A stretch of 64,000 bases of DNA from Thermoplasmatota archaeon (GTDB taxonomy: Archaea > Thermoplasmatota > JAKEGO01), in assembly GCA_028279595.1 (NCBI GenBank), contig JANQNK010000013.1, positions 53,682 to 117,681 on the forward strand. The letters are read 5' to 3'. Both the position numbers and the translations under genes were made by a program. Under the pieces are notes generated by a model. That model did no database searches. It was not told where the DNA came from and saw only the letters and a list, made by a program, of their open reading frames with translations. This document shows positions 21,601 to 30,590 of the stretch, in pieces (the stretch's first letter is position 1; each line of letters starts with the position of its first letter).

Positions 21601-21932
21601 ACGCTCGCGTCGATTGCCGTCGCGTTGTCATCGTCGAGGTCGTAGACATTGAAGGTCCCCGTGACGTTGATGGCGAAGAGGTCCTGGGCGTCCGACTGGA
21701 TCAGCAGTGTGACGTTGTTGAAGGTCAATGAATTCTGAATGATGAGGTTCCCATGGAGCGTTATCGTGCAGCTAGTGTACGAACGGATATCTGTGACGGT
21801 CCAGTCCCCTTCGACGTGACCTCCCTCGGGGGGCGGATCGTTTATGGCGCTGACGTGCTGGACCGTGAGCATCAGAACTGTGATCGATAGGATGGCGAAG
21901 ACCGCTATCCATCTTCCAATACTGAATCTCAT
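15693..21932 (-). CDS. 2079-aa membrane-anchored surface protein: parallel beta-helix (NosD-like) regions, Ig-like domains, TM, polyproline tail
   Basis: Signal peptide; I.NN.F coils; NYWG/GPSG.G.G.GD capping motifs; N..P.I.I..P Ig repeats; TM LVCAAAFIFIGLAVLLVL. Confidence 0.88.
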   Translation of the reverse strand: MRFSIGRWIAVFAILSITVLMLTVQHVSAINDPPPEGGHVEGDWTVTDIRSYTSCTITLHGNLIIQNSLTFNNVTLLIQSDAQDLFAINVTGTFNVYDLDDDNATAIDASVISPDDMDYYFDLTISATAAVDMQNSIMRRYDDVTVLSSNVDFINNNFTDLDNSGFDIIGCAPTIRGNNVTYDAMTSNAFVFTACDGFVFEDNRVDHPWFHIIADGCEGVTFRNNTLTRGDRSIVVHETTATIEDNYFKWNGKTVVVEEGTAIVRRNTFFQVGAALATDEVTTNDVEAYDNHIEQCGEAFLLPGPGSESTARIHDNVIIDCWGAVGLFTGLSARIYDNHIEGCIVVLYTTGSASEFYRNTIINNSYVFYSRHSAVTEASNNMMANNVMVAAITEGSELTLENNVMRFNPMGIYTYERNTGGAHVLMSGNDMYDNPLFAIWNVDDDSRIDADNNYWGGVPNEDGDRIIGPNVDYEPYSNSPNDPATPENPFTPHIVTGQETYQGELNATGPWIVRDGGNLTFDDISFDLHGYFIGVKNGGEFTASGNIENGSAIALSSDPITMADMTISEMEANVLAFLGSPHLENLTIEAPNSETQWAMVQRSLIWSGMSDPTIVDIDFDTSNDTYAIFFDRSNGTVSDCTFTAGEGVVIHQGNVTIENSTFHANSTGLFASHCVLSLNEVEFDGVEVELTSTNATVTSNSFDDCTIGLTYVNGTISDVQMLRSSVGVTNSDIGIHRSGLDRSPVSLLRTDISFRNNSVMNSRLSLSTVRGVIANNTFEDAATAILVSTGSAHINYNNFRDNDVAISNTGSHRVNAVYNYWDSDDGPGGDGPGSGDNIHGDILHEPWATAPIDSEGRLLNFAPEVTLDDYRGTVQNSILFSGWAWDPDGDTITVEMRITGPGYDSGWIEPIEIERYSGWTQWFHLWDAHRLDGGTYSPRVRVSDGLLTTEAPDTFDIVLVALTYTTHSPIQINSDADLLNPANGVTGGSGSESDPYIIGGWEIVPTGSTLPAISIQNVQSHVVIEDCRFTNGAEDSLYIRLLDSPNVDMIRNCTFNTSEGWGISGRNDEGSPITMELVNNLFVEIDALGVRLYNYSIEFVENHMIGDVWTGGAVVVSSYVANEDATVRDNVCYESATGFVFQELDAEIHDNIYVGCRAGAMTETDHSNISVYHNLVANSGFGAIFNGDVPRVENNTYIGNQKITHYNGQNQGLSMILRNNTFQNNEEGVSNSFNGYTDARWNYWGASDGPSGHGSGSGDPVDDLTEYDPWHSDGPAGPNHPPRILFIDPRTNVTVKDEIEFIWYATDLDGDDLSVNLSYGQVNDTANATAITVLSNEFRYTWNVSGVPDGHYVVIANVTAVNASHQVISRTIIVDNNRPPSIEILEPDGDSDVTHDIYNITWSAQDPDGDLLEFSIFISTDKVNLTLVTEGLVNVTSYHWNVSGVDEGDYWILIEVSDGKDSASSWSEGPLTVDQAPSIGITSPPQGGAEADEEYTIEWTTGNASSEAIVDIYFDVSTSGSDLEIVKTGVGDDGSYEWDLGSVPNGDYYVYILLTDGAFTAEAWSPGVLTVDHPGGSEPKNHRPTIKIHDPDPKKNNTANEEFTITWTADDEDGDTVYIRLQYDEDHQVGGGVNITSNWIRADLSEWDWDTTDVPEGRYYIYAVVDDANGSQAHAFSDGRVKIVHPEPGENTAPTIIIDSPENGSTVNGTVWINGTAHDADGNDDIDRVRIRIDGGSWKLCDGTSGWSYEWDTSKNDNEEVTIEVQVEDEEGDTGSDGIVVTVDNYIPEPPWIGIESPNLGDTVSGMVPIWGYAGGDLELVTVTVTVDDVDLETSGLSTWHVDWNSSLILYDTIIITATVEDDSGATNSTSLYVTVNNTKPDVNHSPTVTVGTDPDDVRKGGTVMIEVTVDDLDGLEDIVSVSADLRDASGTHVLEMDSTDLSWSTGTVSISIDTRHLEPGTYILYIHVTDASGGSDVGMLTFNVRSAVDEDKGEDNDLVCAAAFIFIGLAVLLVLSLVGGKGRRESIREMDLPPPPTDMTVPPSPPDMGLPPPPGQVLPPPPGDVMDVEVLDVEVIEE

Positions 21933-21945
21933 TCAATGCCCCTCA

Positions 21946-24900
21946 TCATTCCAGCACCTCCACTTCGTACACCTCGACGTCTATCGGCTCCTCCGGTGGA
22001 GGTGGAACCCAACCAGGGGGGGGAGGAGGTACATCGGTCGGCGGGGGTGGAGGTGGCGGCGGCAGTGGCTGGCCGGGCGGCGGTGGGAGCTGCTGTCCCG
22101 TAACGACGTTGCTCTGCAGCACCTGTGCCCGGACAGGTTCCTCACCCTTCCTGGAGCTCGTGCTCAGCAGGACAAGCAGGGCGACTCCGATGCCGATGAA
22201 GACAGCTGCGCAGACGAGATCGTTGCTGTCGTCCTTGTCATCACTGTCCGCAGCGACGACCTTGAACGACCACGTGTCGTAATCTCCCGCGTCCTGAGAA
22301 TCGACTATGAATATGAACAGGATATAGTTGCCCGTCTCCATGGAGCTCGTATCGATCGAGAAGTAGACCGTCCCAGTTACCCAGTTGAGCTCGGTGTCGG
22401 TGATCTCGAGGACCGTGTTTCCCTCGTTGTCCCTGAGGTCCCCGAACACGGTCACGATGTCATCCCTGCCATCGGGATCGTCCACCGCCGCCACGATCGT
22501 AACGGTTCGACCCTTTCTGACGGACGTCGGACCGGATTCTACGTTGATGGTCGGGTCCTCGTTGACCACGGGAGGGATGTTATCGACGGTGATGTTCATC
22601 GTTGAGGTATTCGTCCTTCCATCCTCGTCCTCGACCGTCGCCACTATGGTAACGCTTTCGTAGAGGATGTGGGACGAGTCCCATTCCCCTTCCCAGAACG
22701 AAAGGCCCGTGACGTCCACGTCGGTACCGTCGATCTCGAGGATGATCCTTTCCAGGTCGAGGTCGCCGCCGGCAGAGCCCCAGATCTCGATGGTGCCGGA
22801 GACAGTCTCTCCCTCGTCGTGGGATATTATGGATATCCACGGCGGCCCCGGGATGAAATTGTCGACCGTCAACGTGATCTGATCGGTGCCCGTATCCCCC
22901 TCCGCGTCCTCGACCTCCACCCTGATGGTGACGTCCCCGTTGTCGGCATTGGATGCGTTCCACTCGTAGGACCAGTCAGAGGTACCGTCGCACGTCCTCC
23001 AGGACCCGCTTCCTATCCGTATCCGAACCCTTTCGATGTCGTCATTGCCGTCGGCGTCGTGGGCCGTTCCGTTGATCCATACGGTGCCGTTCACTGTCGC
23101 TCCGTCCTCAGGGGTAACTATTGTAATGGTGGGGGCGGTGTTCTCTCCGGGTTCGGGGTGGACTATCGTTACCCGTCCGCTCGAGAAATCGTGCGCCTGC
23201 GAGCCATTGGAGTCATCCACGACCGCATAGACATAGTACTTCCCTTCGGGGACATCGGTCGTATCCCAGTCCCACTCCGACAGAGACGCTAGAACCCAGT
23301 CCGAGGTGATGTTCACACCACCGCCGACCTGGTCGTCCTCGTCGTACTGGAGCCTGATGTAGACCTCGTCACCGTCCTCGTCGCTCGCGGTCCATGTGAT
23401 CGTGAACTCCTCGTTCGCCGTGTTGTTCTTGCCCGCTTCCGGAGCGTGCACGGTAATCTTCGGTTTGTGGTTCACCGGCGTCGTGCTCGGGTGGTCGACG
23501 GTGAGCATTCCAGAGCTCCAACCGGTGGCGTTGAACTCGCCGTCCGTCAGGACGATGAAGACGTAGTATTCGCCATCCTGGACAGCGTCCAGGCCCCAGT
23601 CGTACGATCCCGTGTCGTTGAGGCCAGTCTTGACGATCTCCAGGTTCTCTCCATTGGTGTCAACGTCGTAGTAGATGTCGATGATGGCGCTATCCGTGGC
23701 GTTCATCGTCGTCCATTCGATCGAGTACTCGTCCTCGGCCTCCGCTCCCCCCTCTGGTGGGGTCGTGACCTCGATCGAGGGCGCATGGTCCACGGTCACA
23801 GGGCCGTCCGAGTAAGCTGATGCCATACCCCCACGGGAATCCTCCGCTGTAGCGTACACGTAATAATCGCCCTCGTCCAACATAGAGATGTCCCAATCGA
23901 ACGTACCGACGGGATCCATGTCATCAGCCAGAATACTCGTACCGCCAGGGTCATTGTCAACGTCCCAGTAAAGGTCGACAGTGATGTCGTCGCCGTCAGG
24001 ATCTGTTGCGTTCCATATTATCGTGAAAACGTTGTCGGACGTGTCATTGGCACCGTCCGGTTCCGCGATAACAATGACCGGGTCCTCGTTGAACACAACA
24101 GGTTCGGTGAGCCAGGGATCGAACAGGACGTCCTCGCTAACGGCATCTCCGTCGCCGTCACCTTCGCCGGACGGGCCGTTCTCGGCACCCCACCAGTTCC
24201 AGCGGGCGTCTATGGTGATCAGGTCGTCGCCATTCTCCACGCCGTCCCTGTTGCCGAAGATGTTGTTGTCCCTCATGGTCATGTTGGAACGGTCTCCCCA
24301 CACACCCCATCCATTTATGTGATCTACGAGGAGGTTCCTCTCGATCGTGGAATTCCCCCAGTTGAACCATATCCCGGCGGAACCGTAGGCGAACACGTTG
24401 TCCGAGATGTTGAAATAATAGGGGATGTCGCCGCTCATCGATCCGCCGAAGAGTTGCCCGCCGATCATCACGTTGTCCTCGAAGGTCAGGTTGATGTCGG
24501 TCACGAAGAGAGTGCCCGCGGTGAAGAAACAGCCTGAAACACGCGACGGTACCTCCGGCCCCCCTTCCAGGTTGGCGGGATACCCCTCGGTCCAGAAGAC
24601 GGAGTCTGTGATGTTGACCAGGCTGTCCCTCGAATAGATATCATCCCCCTCAGAACCGAGATACATCGACCTGTCCATGTCGACCAGGCTGTCGTCCGCT
24701 ATCCGGATCGCGTAACTGTTCTCGACGAAGCGGCAGTCCTCGACAACGACGTTCCTCGAGTTGACGATGGAGATCCCACCGTTCGAACCGTTGCCATAGA
24801 TGTTGCAGAGCGAGATGACGACATGGGCCGTGGTGTCGCTGATGTCTAGGGCCGTGGAGTCCATCGAGGATATGTTCCACCTCTCGATCATGTACGGGTC

Positions 24901-27900
24901 CTCCGCAGTACCGGATCCGGACCTTACGCCGTTCTCCGAAGTGAGGTCAGAGTTCCCTTCGATAACGATCGGATCATGGTCCTCGATATACGGAGCGACG
25001 ACCGTCACCTTGGTCAACGCGATGGGCGAATGATCGTTCCCGTCATAGCATCTGATCGAGAGGTCGTATTCCCCTTCCATTGCCATCGTGTCGAAGGCGT
25101 GGGAATACCCGCCTCTGTCGAGAACGTCGCGCCATGAGCCGTTCGCCTCGATCCATCCGGAGGAATAGGTCTCATTCTCAAGCATGACCTCCACGCTTCG
25201 GACGATGTCCCCCTCCGGGTCCTCCGTCCTTCCCGATGCGCGGAGGAAGAATCCAGCATCGGTCGGTATTATCACGGTCGGGAGTTTGGGAGCGATGTTC
25301 TGGTAATGGCCGCTGTGGTCGCTCTCGACGAGGAGCCATGGCTCGAACGCCACGTACTCCGACACGTCGTCGCCGTCGCCCGAACCCTCTCCCCCGGGTC
25401 CCGATGCCGAGTTCCACCAATTGAACGTCGCATTGACAAGGGTGGACGAATCATCGTTGTAGACCCCGTACTCGGTATTGTCCTCGAAATTGTTGAACTT
25501 GAGCTTCGGTTGGGCCTGATCCTGGGCGTATACGCCGTACTGGTTGCGGGTGAAATCGTTGTTCACGACGATCGGTGCGCTGTCGTGGACGTACAGGCCG
25601 CGCACGTTCTGATCGAAGGTGTTGTTCTCCATCCTTATGGCATTTCCGACGAGCATGAGTCCAGTTCCACTCGATATCGTGTTTCCTTTGACGATCGCTC
25701 TGGAAGCGTCGAGATATACCCCGTTGTTGGTGACCTCGTTCCCCAGGATCGTAACGTCCTCGATCTCCAGATAGAGGCCGTGGGTGCCGCCGTCTATTGT
25801 GTTGTTAGTGATCGTGATGTCGTGGGGCGTCCCCTCGCCCTCGATCTGCCCGTAGGCGAGCTCTATGCCGATATCGTTGTTCTGGAGATCGCACCCATCG
25901 ATGTCAATGGACATGTTCCCGTATTTCCACCAGTCGTCATCGTTGGCGATCCCTGCCATGGAACAGAGCGATATGGTCAGGCCCTTCAACGTCAGATGGC
26001 CCTCTCTGGCCCCGACCCCGATGTCATTGTTGGTGATCGCAGTGTCGGTGATCCTGGCCTTGCTGTACATAGCATATATGCCGAACCAACCGCCGGTGTT
26101 CAGTGTCCCTCCCTGGATCGTCGCGGTGTCCCTGAAGAGATAGATCCCTGCTCGTCGGATCACGAACTTGATGTGCTCGATGGTACCGCTGGTGTCGAAC
26201 GTCGTGTTATCATTTGTCACCGTGATGTTCCCGATGTATGGGGACGCCCTGTACACGGAGACCGCGGCCGCCATGTTGTCGAATGAAGTGCCCTCGATCA
26301 TCGCATGGTCCGTCGCCAGGGCAAGGGTCAGACCGTTGTCCATGCTTCCCCCGGACGTATTGAGATATGAACCGATCTTTCCTGCGATCCAGTGTCCGGC
26401 GAGGTCGATGTCAGCACCGTCCAGTTCGAACTCCCCTCCCCAACGAACGAAGTAGCTCGTGTTGAGCGTCCTGTCCGAATCGATCGATATGCTCATTCCA
26501 TCGTTCACGATGATAACAGGGGAGGATATGGCCGGGGTCTCTGGATCGTTGGGCGAACCCTGATATCCTCCACCAATGTTGCCATCGAGCAGATCGCCGT
26601 CGATCCCGGGCACCCCGCCGTAATAATTACCGCTGACCTCACCCGGGTAGTTATGGTAAGAGGACATGATGCCGTAATATGCATTGTTGACGATGTCATT
26701 GTCGAGCACCTCGGCAAGTTGAACCCTCTCCCTGTCGGGGTCTATCGTGAATATGCTCCTGAAGGTGAGGCCCCCGAGGTTGTACTTGATCGTGTTGTTC
26801 CGGTATGTCCGGTTGCCGTAGGCCACATCGTCGATGCCCACCGGATTGAATGCGATCGTATTGTTCTCGATGGTATAGTCGGCGTCGTGGGCCAGGTTCA
26901 ATCCCTTGACGATGTTCCTCTCGAAGCGGTTCCCGCGAATGACCGACCAGGACCGCCCCCCGTCCAGGGGTTCGTGCATGAGGGCCACGAACATACCGAT
27001 GTCGTTGTCCCTCACCAAGTTGTCCTCGAAAGTGCAGTTGACGGCCTTGTCGAAGGACTTCCCGAGGGTGCAATGGACCCCATAACTGCAGTCCTTGATG
27101 ACGTTCCCTCGGAACACGCCGGAAGCCGTTCTGAGGTAGATGCCGTTGGCCGCCCCGGAGATGGTGTTGTTCTCAAGCAGGGCGGGATACTTCCACTGAC
27201 CGGACCACCACATACCACCCGAGCCGTCAAGGTTGAATCCGTATGCGCCCGTGTCCCGAAGGAGGTTGCCGATGGCAGTGATACGATTGGTCTCTCCGGA
27301 GACCATCACGCCCCTCGCCTCGATGTCGATTATCCGGTTGTCCCGCAGGAGGAATTCAGCGGCGGAGGCGTGAACTCCGTGGTGCGTGTGGTCGATGTCA
27401 TTGTCCTCGATGGTGATGTTCTCGGCGCTCGTTAGGGAGATCCCCTGGGCCAGCCCGGTGGTGTTGTGGAGGTGGCAGTCGCGGATGATAGCGTATGACC
27501 TCGTGTCCGAGATCGAGATGCAGGTGGAATCGTCCCCCCAGATGTCCCATCTCTCAATGATGTAGGGGTCCGCCTCCGTCCCCGAGCCGGATCGCACGCC
27601 GTTGGCCGCGGTCCATTCCGCGTCGCTGTTGATGTCGATCGGATCATGGGGTTCGCGTTCTCCAGCGCCTCCTGCGGAGGTTCCGATCCCGAACGCGTTG
27701 TCGTTGGTGTCACTGGCCTCTCCGGAGTCAGAGTCAGTGATCGTGATCCTGATGAAGCAGTCGCCGCTGACCTCGTCCGGAACGGCCCACTGGTAGATGC
27801 CTGAATTCGGAAGTCCAGAGTCGATGGACGTCCACGGGCCATCATCTCCGTCCGTCGAGTACTCGAGCTCGATCTCAATCCCGGTGGAGGTCGAGGGGAC

Positions 27901-29166
27901 CTCAGAGAGCCACTTGATGAACCAGGCGCTCTCTCCCAGGAACATCTCGCCTCCGTCCGGAAAGGTGAGCTCGACATCGAGGTCCGATGCTGCTGTCGAC
28001 TCGCGCCAGACGCGTATGCTTCCAGGATAATCGGGTCCGCTGTCCGTCCCGAACCCGGCGACGATGTCGTTGAATCCGTTGTTGTCGAAATCGCCGATAC
28101 CGACGCGCCATCCCTCGCCGTTACCGGTCATGGTGGTCGTATCGGCCTTAACCCAGCTGTTCGCTCCGGTGTAGAGGTGAAGCTCCACCACTCCGGGGTC
28201 GGAATTGATCATCCCGACCATGTCATCGTACTTGTCTCCGTTCATATCGCCCATCGCTATTGACGAGTATGTGTATTGAGGAAGCCCGGCGGACACGTTT
28301 GTCCAGTTCCCCGTTCCATCCCCAGCGTAAGCACGGGTCTCGGATCCCGCCGACATCACGATGTCGGTGAATCCATCGTTGTTGAAATCACCGTAGTTGA
28401 TCCCCCTGCCGAAACCGACGCTCGATCGCGGAAGCCCGGTGCTCGAGTTGGTCCAGGAGCCGTTCCCGTCGCCGACGTAGACCCAATCGCCTCCGCTCCA
28501 TGTCGCGATTATATCGAGGTTGCCGTCCATGTTGATATCGCAGAACATTCCATCCACCCGGGAGCTCCCGTCAGGGAGGTCGGCGGACTGATCGAGCCAC
28601 GTCCCCAGGCCGCTCCCCGCGAACGGCCTCGTGTCCATTCCCCAGAACCCGGTCTCGAGAATGTCCATGTCGCCGTCCGAGTTGTAGTCCCCGAACTCTA
28701 TGTTCCACGCATCCCTCGCCGTGTTCAATCCCGTCGATGAATCCGTATAGGTGGCAGCAGTGAACTTTGAATAGGCATTGACATCGTCCGCGCCGTGGCT
28801 TCCAGCACCGATGTCCCAGTCACCGTCGTTGTCGAAGTCCGCGAAGGCGAATCCGCCGTAACTCGAATGGTCGATCGAGGCCAGCCCTTCGGCCGTGGTA
28901 GCCTCCGACCAGGATGTCCCTGTCCACTTCCAGACGTGCATGTTCTTCGCCGCATTTCCCTTCCTCGGACCAAGCGCCAGGAGGTCCTGGTCCCCATCCT
29001 CGTCGATGTCGAAGAAGACGAGTTTCGTCGTCCAGATGTCCTGGGTCGGAAGACCTGTGGATGACTGTGTATAGGTGGGTACTGTCTGCGCATCGGCATC
29101 CGCTACCACAATACAGAAAAGGAGTGCCAGTGCGAATATCGCTAACGCTGGGCGTAAACCCGCCAT
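21946..29166 (-). CDS. 2406-aa membrane-anchored surface protein: FG-GAP/VCBS propeller, beta-helix regions, Ig-like domains, TM, polyproline tail
   Basis: Signal peptide; ~7 D(F/I)(D/N)xDGxxD repeats; beta-helix coils; C-terminal modules shared with the downstream paralog. Confidence 0.88.
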   Translation of the reverse strand: MAGLRPALAIFALALLFCIVVADADAQTVPTYTQSSTGLPTQDIWTTKLVFFDIDEDGDQDLLALGPRKGNAAKNMHVWKWTGTSWSEATTAEGLASIDHSSYGGFAFADFDNDGDWDIGAGSHGADDVNAYSKFTAATYTDSSTGLNTARDAWNIEFGDYNSDGDMDILETGFWGMDTRPFAGSGLGTWLDQSADLPDGSSRVDGMFCDINMDGNLDIIATWSGGDWVYVGDGNGSWTNSSTGLPRSSVGFGRGINYGDFNNDGFTDIVMSAGSETRAYAGDGTGNWTNVSAGLPQYTYSSIAMGDMNGDKYDDMVGMINSDPGVVELHLYTGANSWVKADTTTMTGNGEGWRVGIGDFDNNGFNDIVAGFGTDSGPDYPGSIRVWRESTAASDLDVELTFPDGGEMFLGESAWFIKWLSEVPSTSTGIEIELEYSTDGDDGPWTSIDSGLPNSGIYQWAVPDEVSGDCFIRITITDSDSGEASDTNDNAFGIGTSAGGAGEREPHDPIDINSDAEWTAANGVRSGSGTEADPYIIERWDIWGDDSTCISISDTRSYAIIRDCHLHNTTGLAQGISLTSAENITIEDNDIDHTHHGVHASAAEFLLRDNRIIDIEARGVMVSGETNRITAIGNLLRDTGAYGFNLDGSGGMWWSGQWKYPALLENNTISGAANGIYLRTASGVFRGNVIKDCSYGVHCTLGKSFDKAVNCTFEDNLVRDNDIGMFVALMHEPLDGGRSWSVIRGNRFERNIVKGLNLAHDADYTIENNTIAFNPVGIDDVAYGNRTYRNNTIKYNLGGLTFRSIFTIDPDRERVQLAEVLDNDIVNNAYYGIMSSYHNYPGEVSGNYYGGVPGIDGDLLDGNIGGGYQGSPNDPETPAISSPVIIVNDGMSISIDSDRTLNTSYFVRWGGEFELDGADIDLAGHWIAGKIGSYLNTSGGSMDNGLTLALATDHAMIEGTSFDNMAAAVSVYRASPYIGNITVTNDNTTFDTSGTIEHIKFVIRRAGIYLFRDTATIQGGTLNTGGWFGIYAMYSKARITDTAITNNDIGVGAREGHLTLKGLTISLCSMAGIANDDDWWKYGNMSIDIDGCDLQNNDIGIELAYGQIEGEGTPHDITITNNTIDGGTHGLYLEIEDVTILGNEVTNNGVYLDASRAIVKGNTISSGTGLMLVGNAIRMENNTFDQNVRGLYVHDSAPIVVNNDFTRNQYGVYAQDQAQPKLKFNNFEDNTEYGVYNDDSSTLVNATFNWWNSASGPGGEGSGDGDDVSEYVAFEPWLLVESDHSGHYQNIAPKLPTVIIPTDAGFFLRASGRTEDPEGDIVRSVEVMLENETYSSGWIEANGSWRDVLDRGGYSHAFDTMAMEGEYDLSIRCYDGNDHSPIALTKVTVVAPYIEDHDPIVIEGNSDLTSENGVRSGSGTAEDPYMIERWNISSMDSTALDISDTTAHVVISLCNIYGNGSNGGISIVNSRNVVVEDCRFVENSYAIRIADDSLVDMDRSMYLGSEGDDIYSRDSLVNITDSVFWTEGYPANLEGGPEVPSRVSGCFFTAGTLFVTDINLTFEDNVMIGGQLFGGSMSGDIPYYFNISDNVFAYGSAGIWFNWGNSTIERNLLVDHINGWGVWGDRSNMTMRDNNIFGNRDGVENGDDLITIDARWNWWGAENGPSGEGDGDGDAVSEDVLFDPWLTEPVVFNEDPVIVIAEPDGANDTSDNVFTIIWNATDPDGDDITVDLYWDVDNDPGGTSILADDMDPVGTFDWDISMLDEGDYYVYATAEDSRGGMASAYSDGPVTVDHAPSIEVTTPPEGGAEAEDEYSIEWTTMNATDSAIIDIYYDVDTNGENLEIVKTGLNDTGSYDWGLDAVQDGEYYVFIVLTDGEFNATGWSSGMLTVDHPSTTPVNHKPKITVHAPEAGKNNTANEEFTITWTASDEDGDEVYIRLQYDEDDQVGGGVNITSDWVLASLSEWDWDTTDVPEGKYYVYAVVDDSNGSQAHDFSSGRVTIVHPEPGENTAPTITIVTPEDGATVNGTVWINGTAHDADGNDDIERVRIRIGSGSWRTCDGTSDWSYEWNASNADNGDVTIRVEVEDAEGDTGTDQITLTVDNFIPGPPWISIISHDEGETVSGTIEIWGSAGGDLDLERIILEIDGTDVDVTGLSFWEGEWDSSHILYESVTIVATVEDEDGRTNTSTMNITVDNIPPVVNEDPTINVESGPTSVRKGRTVTIVAAVDDPDGRDDIVTVFGDLRDNEGNTVLEITDTELNWVTGTVYFSIDTSSMETGNYILFIFIVDSQDAGDYDTWSFKVVAADSDDKDDSNDLVCAAVFIGIGVALLVLLSTSSRKGEEPVRAQVLQSNVVTGQQLPPPPGQPLPPPPPPPPTDVPPPPPGWVPPPPEEPIDVEVYEVEVLE

Positions 29167-29259
29167 GTTCTGTCAATGGCATCGTGAATAATAGGTTTTT
29201 CGGCAGGATGGATAGAGATATAACGTACGTGGGCCATTCTTCAACGAGGGGATGATCGG

Positions 29260-29649
29260 ATCAAGAAGCGCGATGGTCTACTGGTCCTGCTGATCGTTCA
29301 GATCATAGCAGCCCTAGTCATCATGTACTATATCCTTACAAATGAGATCGGCTTCACTCAATGGTTCCGTCTTCTGATCTACGTATCGATCTTCTACGCC
29401 TTCGTAGGAATTGCTTTGGACTCATTATCGGCGTCTTGCCCCAAATGCGGGGAATATGGCAACTTCACCGATGTTCGGGCGAACATCGTAAGGACGACCG
29501 AGGAAGAGGTGGACTCGTATACCAGGACCTATCCATCTTCGATCCTGGTAAGGCGGTCTGTCGGCATCCGGACGGTTGAATGCAATGTGTGCGATGAGAG
29601 ATACTTCATCAGATACCAGTTCATCAAGAAGCTCAGATGGATCCGTTGA
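29260..29649 (+). CDS. Small 2-TM protein with C-terminal Zn-ribbon (CPKC...CNVC)
   Basis: Frame is open upstream of ATG 29323 as IKKRDGLLVLLIVQIIAALV; GAGGGGATGA SD-like motif precedes ATC 29260; start tentative. Confidence 0.65.
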   Translation: MKKRDGLLVLLIVQIIAALVIMYYILTNEIGFTQWFRLLIYVSIFYAFVGIALDSLSASCPKCGEYGNFTDVRANIVRTTEEEVDSYTRTYPSSILVRRSVGIRTVECNVCDERYFIRYQFIKKLRWIR

Positions 29650-29739
29650 GGAATGCCTTTGATGCGATATCCAATTGATATCTTCTAGTTAGTTTCAAAT
29701 AACACCTCATCGATTGCTCAACGAAGAGGAGGCGCTATC

Positions 29740-30519
29740 ATGGACTGGGGAATGAAGAACAGGATGTCGAAGATCATCAAGCCGGATGGCAAGACGGTCA
29801 TGCTGGCGGTCGACCACGGCTACTTCATGGGTCCGACCACCGGACTCGAGAACATAGCCGAGACCGTCGGACCGCTTCTGCCGCACGCGGACGTGCTCAT
29901 GCCCACAAGGGGCGCTCTCAGGCATTACATCCCGGCTGACACGGACGTTCCCATCGTACTACGTGTTTCGGGCGGGACCAGCATCCTCAATCCAGATGTG
30001 CTCCACGAGGGCATCGTCTGTTCCATCGACGATGCTGTCAGACTGAACGTCGCTGGCATCGCGTTCTCCATACTCGTCGGTTCATCCTTCGAGAGGGATA
30101 CGATACTGGGATTCACCGAGATGGTCGACGAGGCCAACGGCCTCGGGATCCCAACGCTCGCTGTGACAGCAGTGGGTCGTGACATGGTCCGAGACGCCCG
30201 TTACATGAGCCTCGCATCGCGAATGGCCGCGGAACTGGGTGCGTCCGTCGTCAAGACCTACTACGTCGATGGATTCGAGAAGGTCGTCGACACCTGCCCT
30301 GTCCCTGTCGTGATTGCTGGCGGGAAGAAGACGCCGGAGGACGAGGCGCTCGAGACAGCGTACAACGCGATGCAGGCCGGAGCCGTGGGGGTCGACATGG
30401 GCAGGAACATCTTCCAGTCCGAGGACCCCGTGGCCATGATCCAGGCGGTCAATTCCGTCGTCCACGACGACCATACCCCGAAGGAGGCCTTCGAGCTCTT
30501 TACCAAGCTGAAGGGCTGA
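29740..30519 (+). CDS. lsrF: LsrF-type class I aldolase/thiolase
   Basis: MDWGMKNR...MLAVDHGYFMGPTTGLE, VKTYY, PVVIAGGKK, GVDMGRNIFQ; SD GAGGAGG. Confidence 0.9.
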   Translation: MDWGMKNRMSKIIKPDGKTVMLAVDHGYFMGPTTGLENIAETVGPLLPHADVLMPTRGALRHYIPADTDVPIVLRVSGGTSILNPDVLHEGIVCSIDDAVRLNVAGIAFSILVGSSFERDTILGFTEMVDEANGLGIPTLAVTAVGRDMVRDARYMSLASRMAAELGASVVKTYYVDGFEKVVDTCPVPVVIAGGKKTPEDEALETAYNAMQAGAVGVDMGRNIFQSEDPVAMIQAVNSVVHDDHTPKEAFELFTKLKG

Positions 30520-30590
30520 GCCTGGACGATCTCACTCAATACGTTCACCAGGGGGATACTTGATCCCCATTCTCAGCGGAGGGAGACAGC

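Noticed and set aside
15693-29166. Diversity-generating retroelement TR/VR pair in the duplicated DNA
   Set aside because: Both copies are coding, differences are not adenine-specific by eye, and no reverse transcriptase is present.
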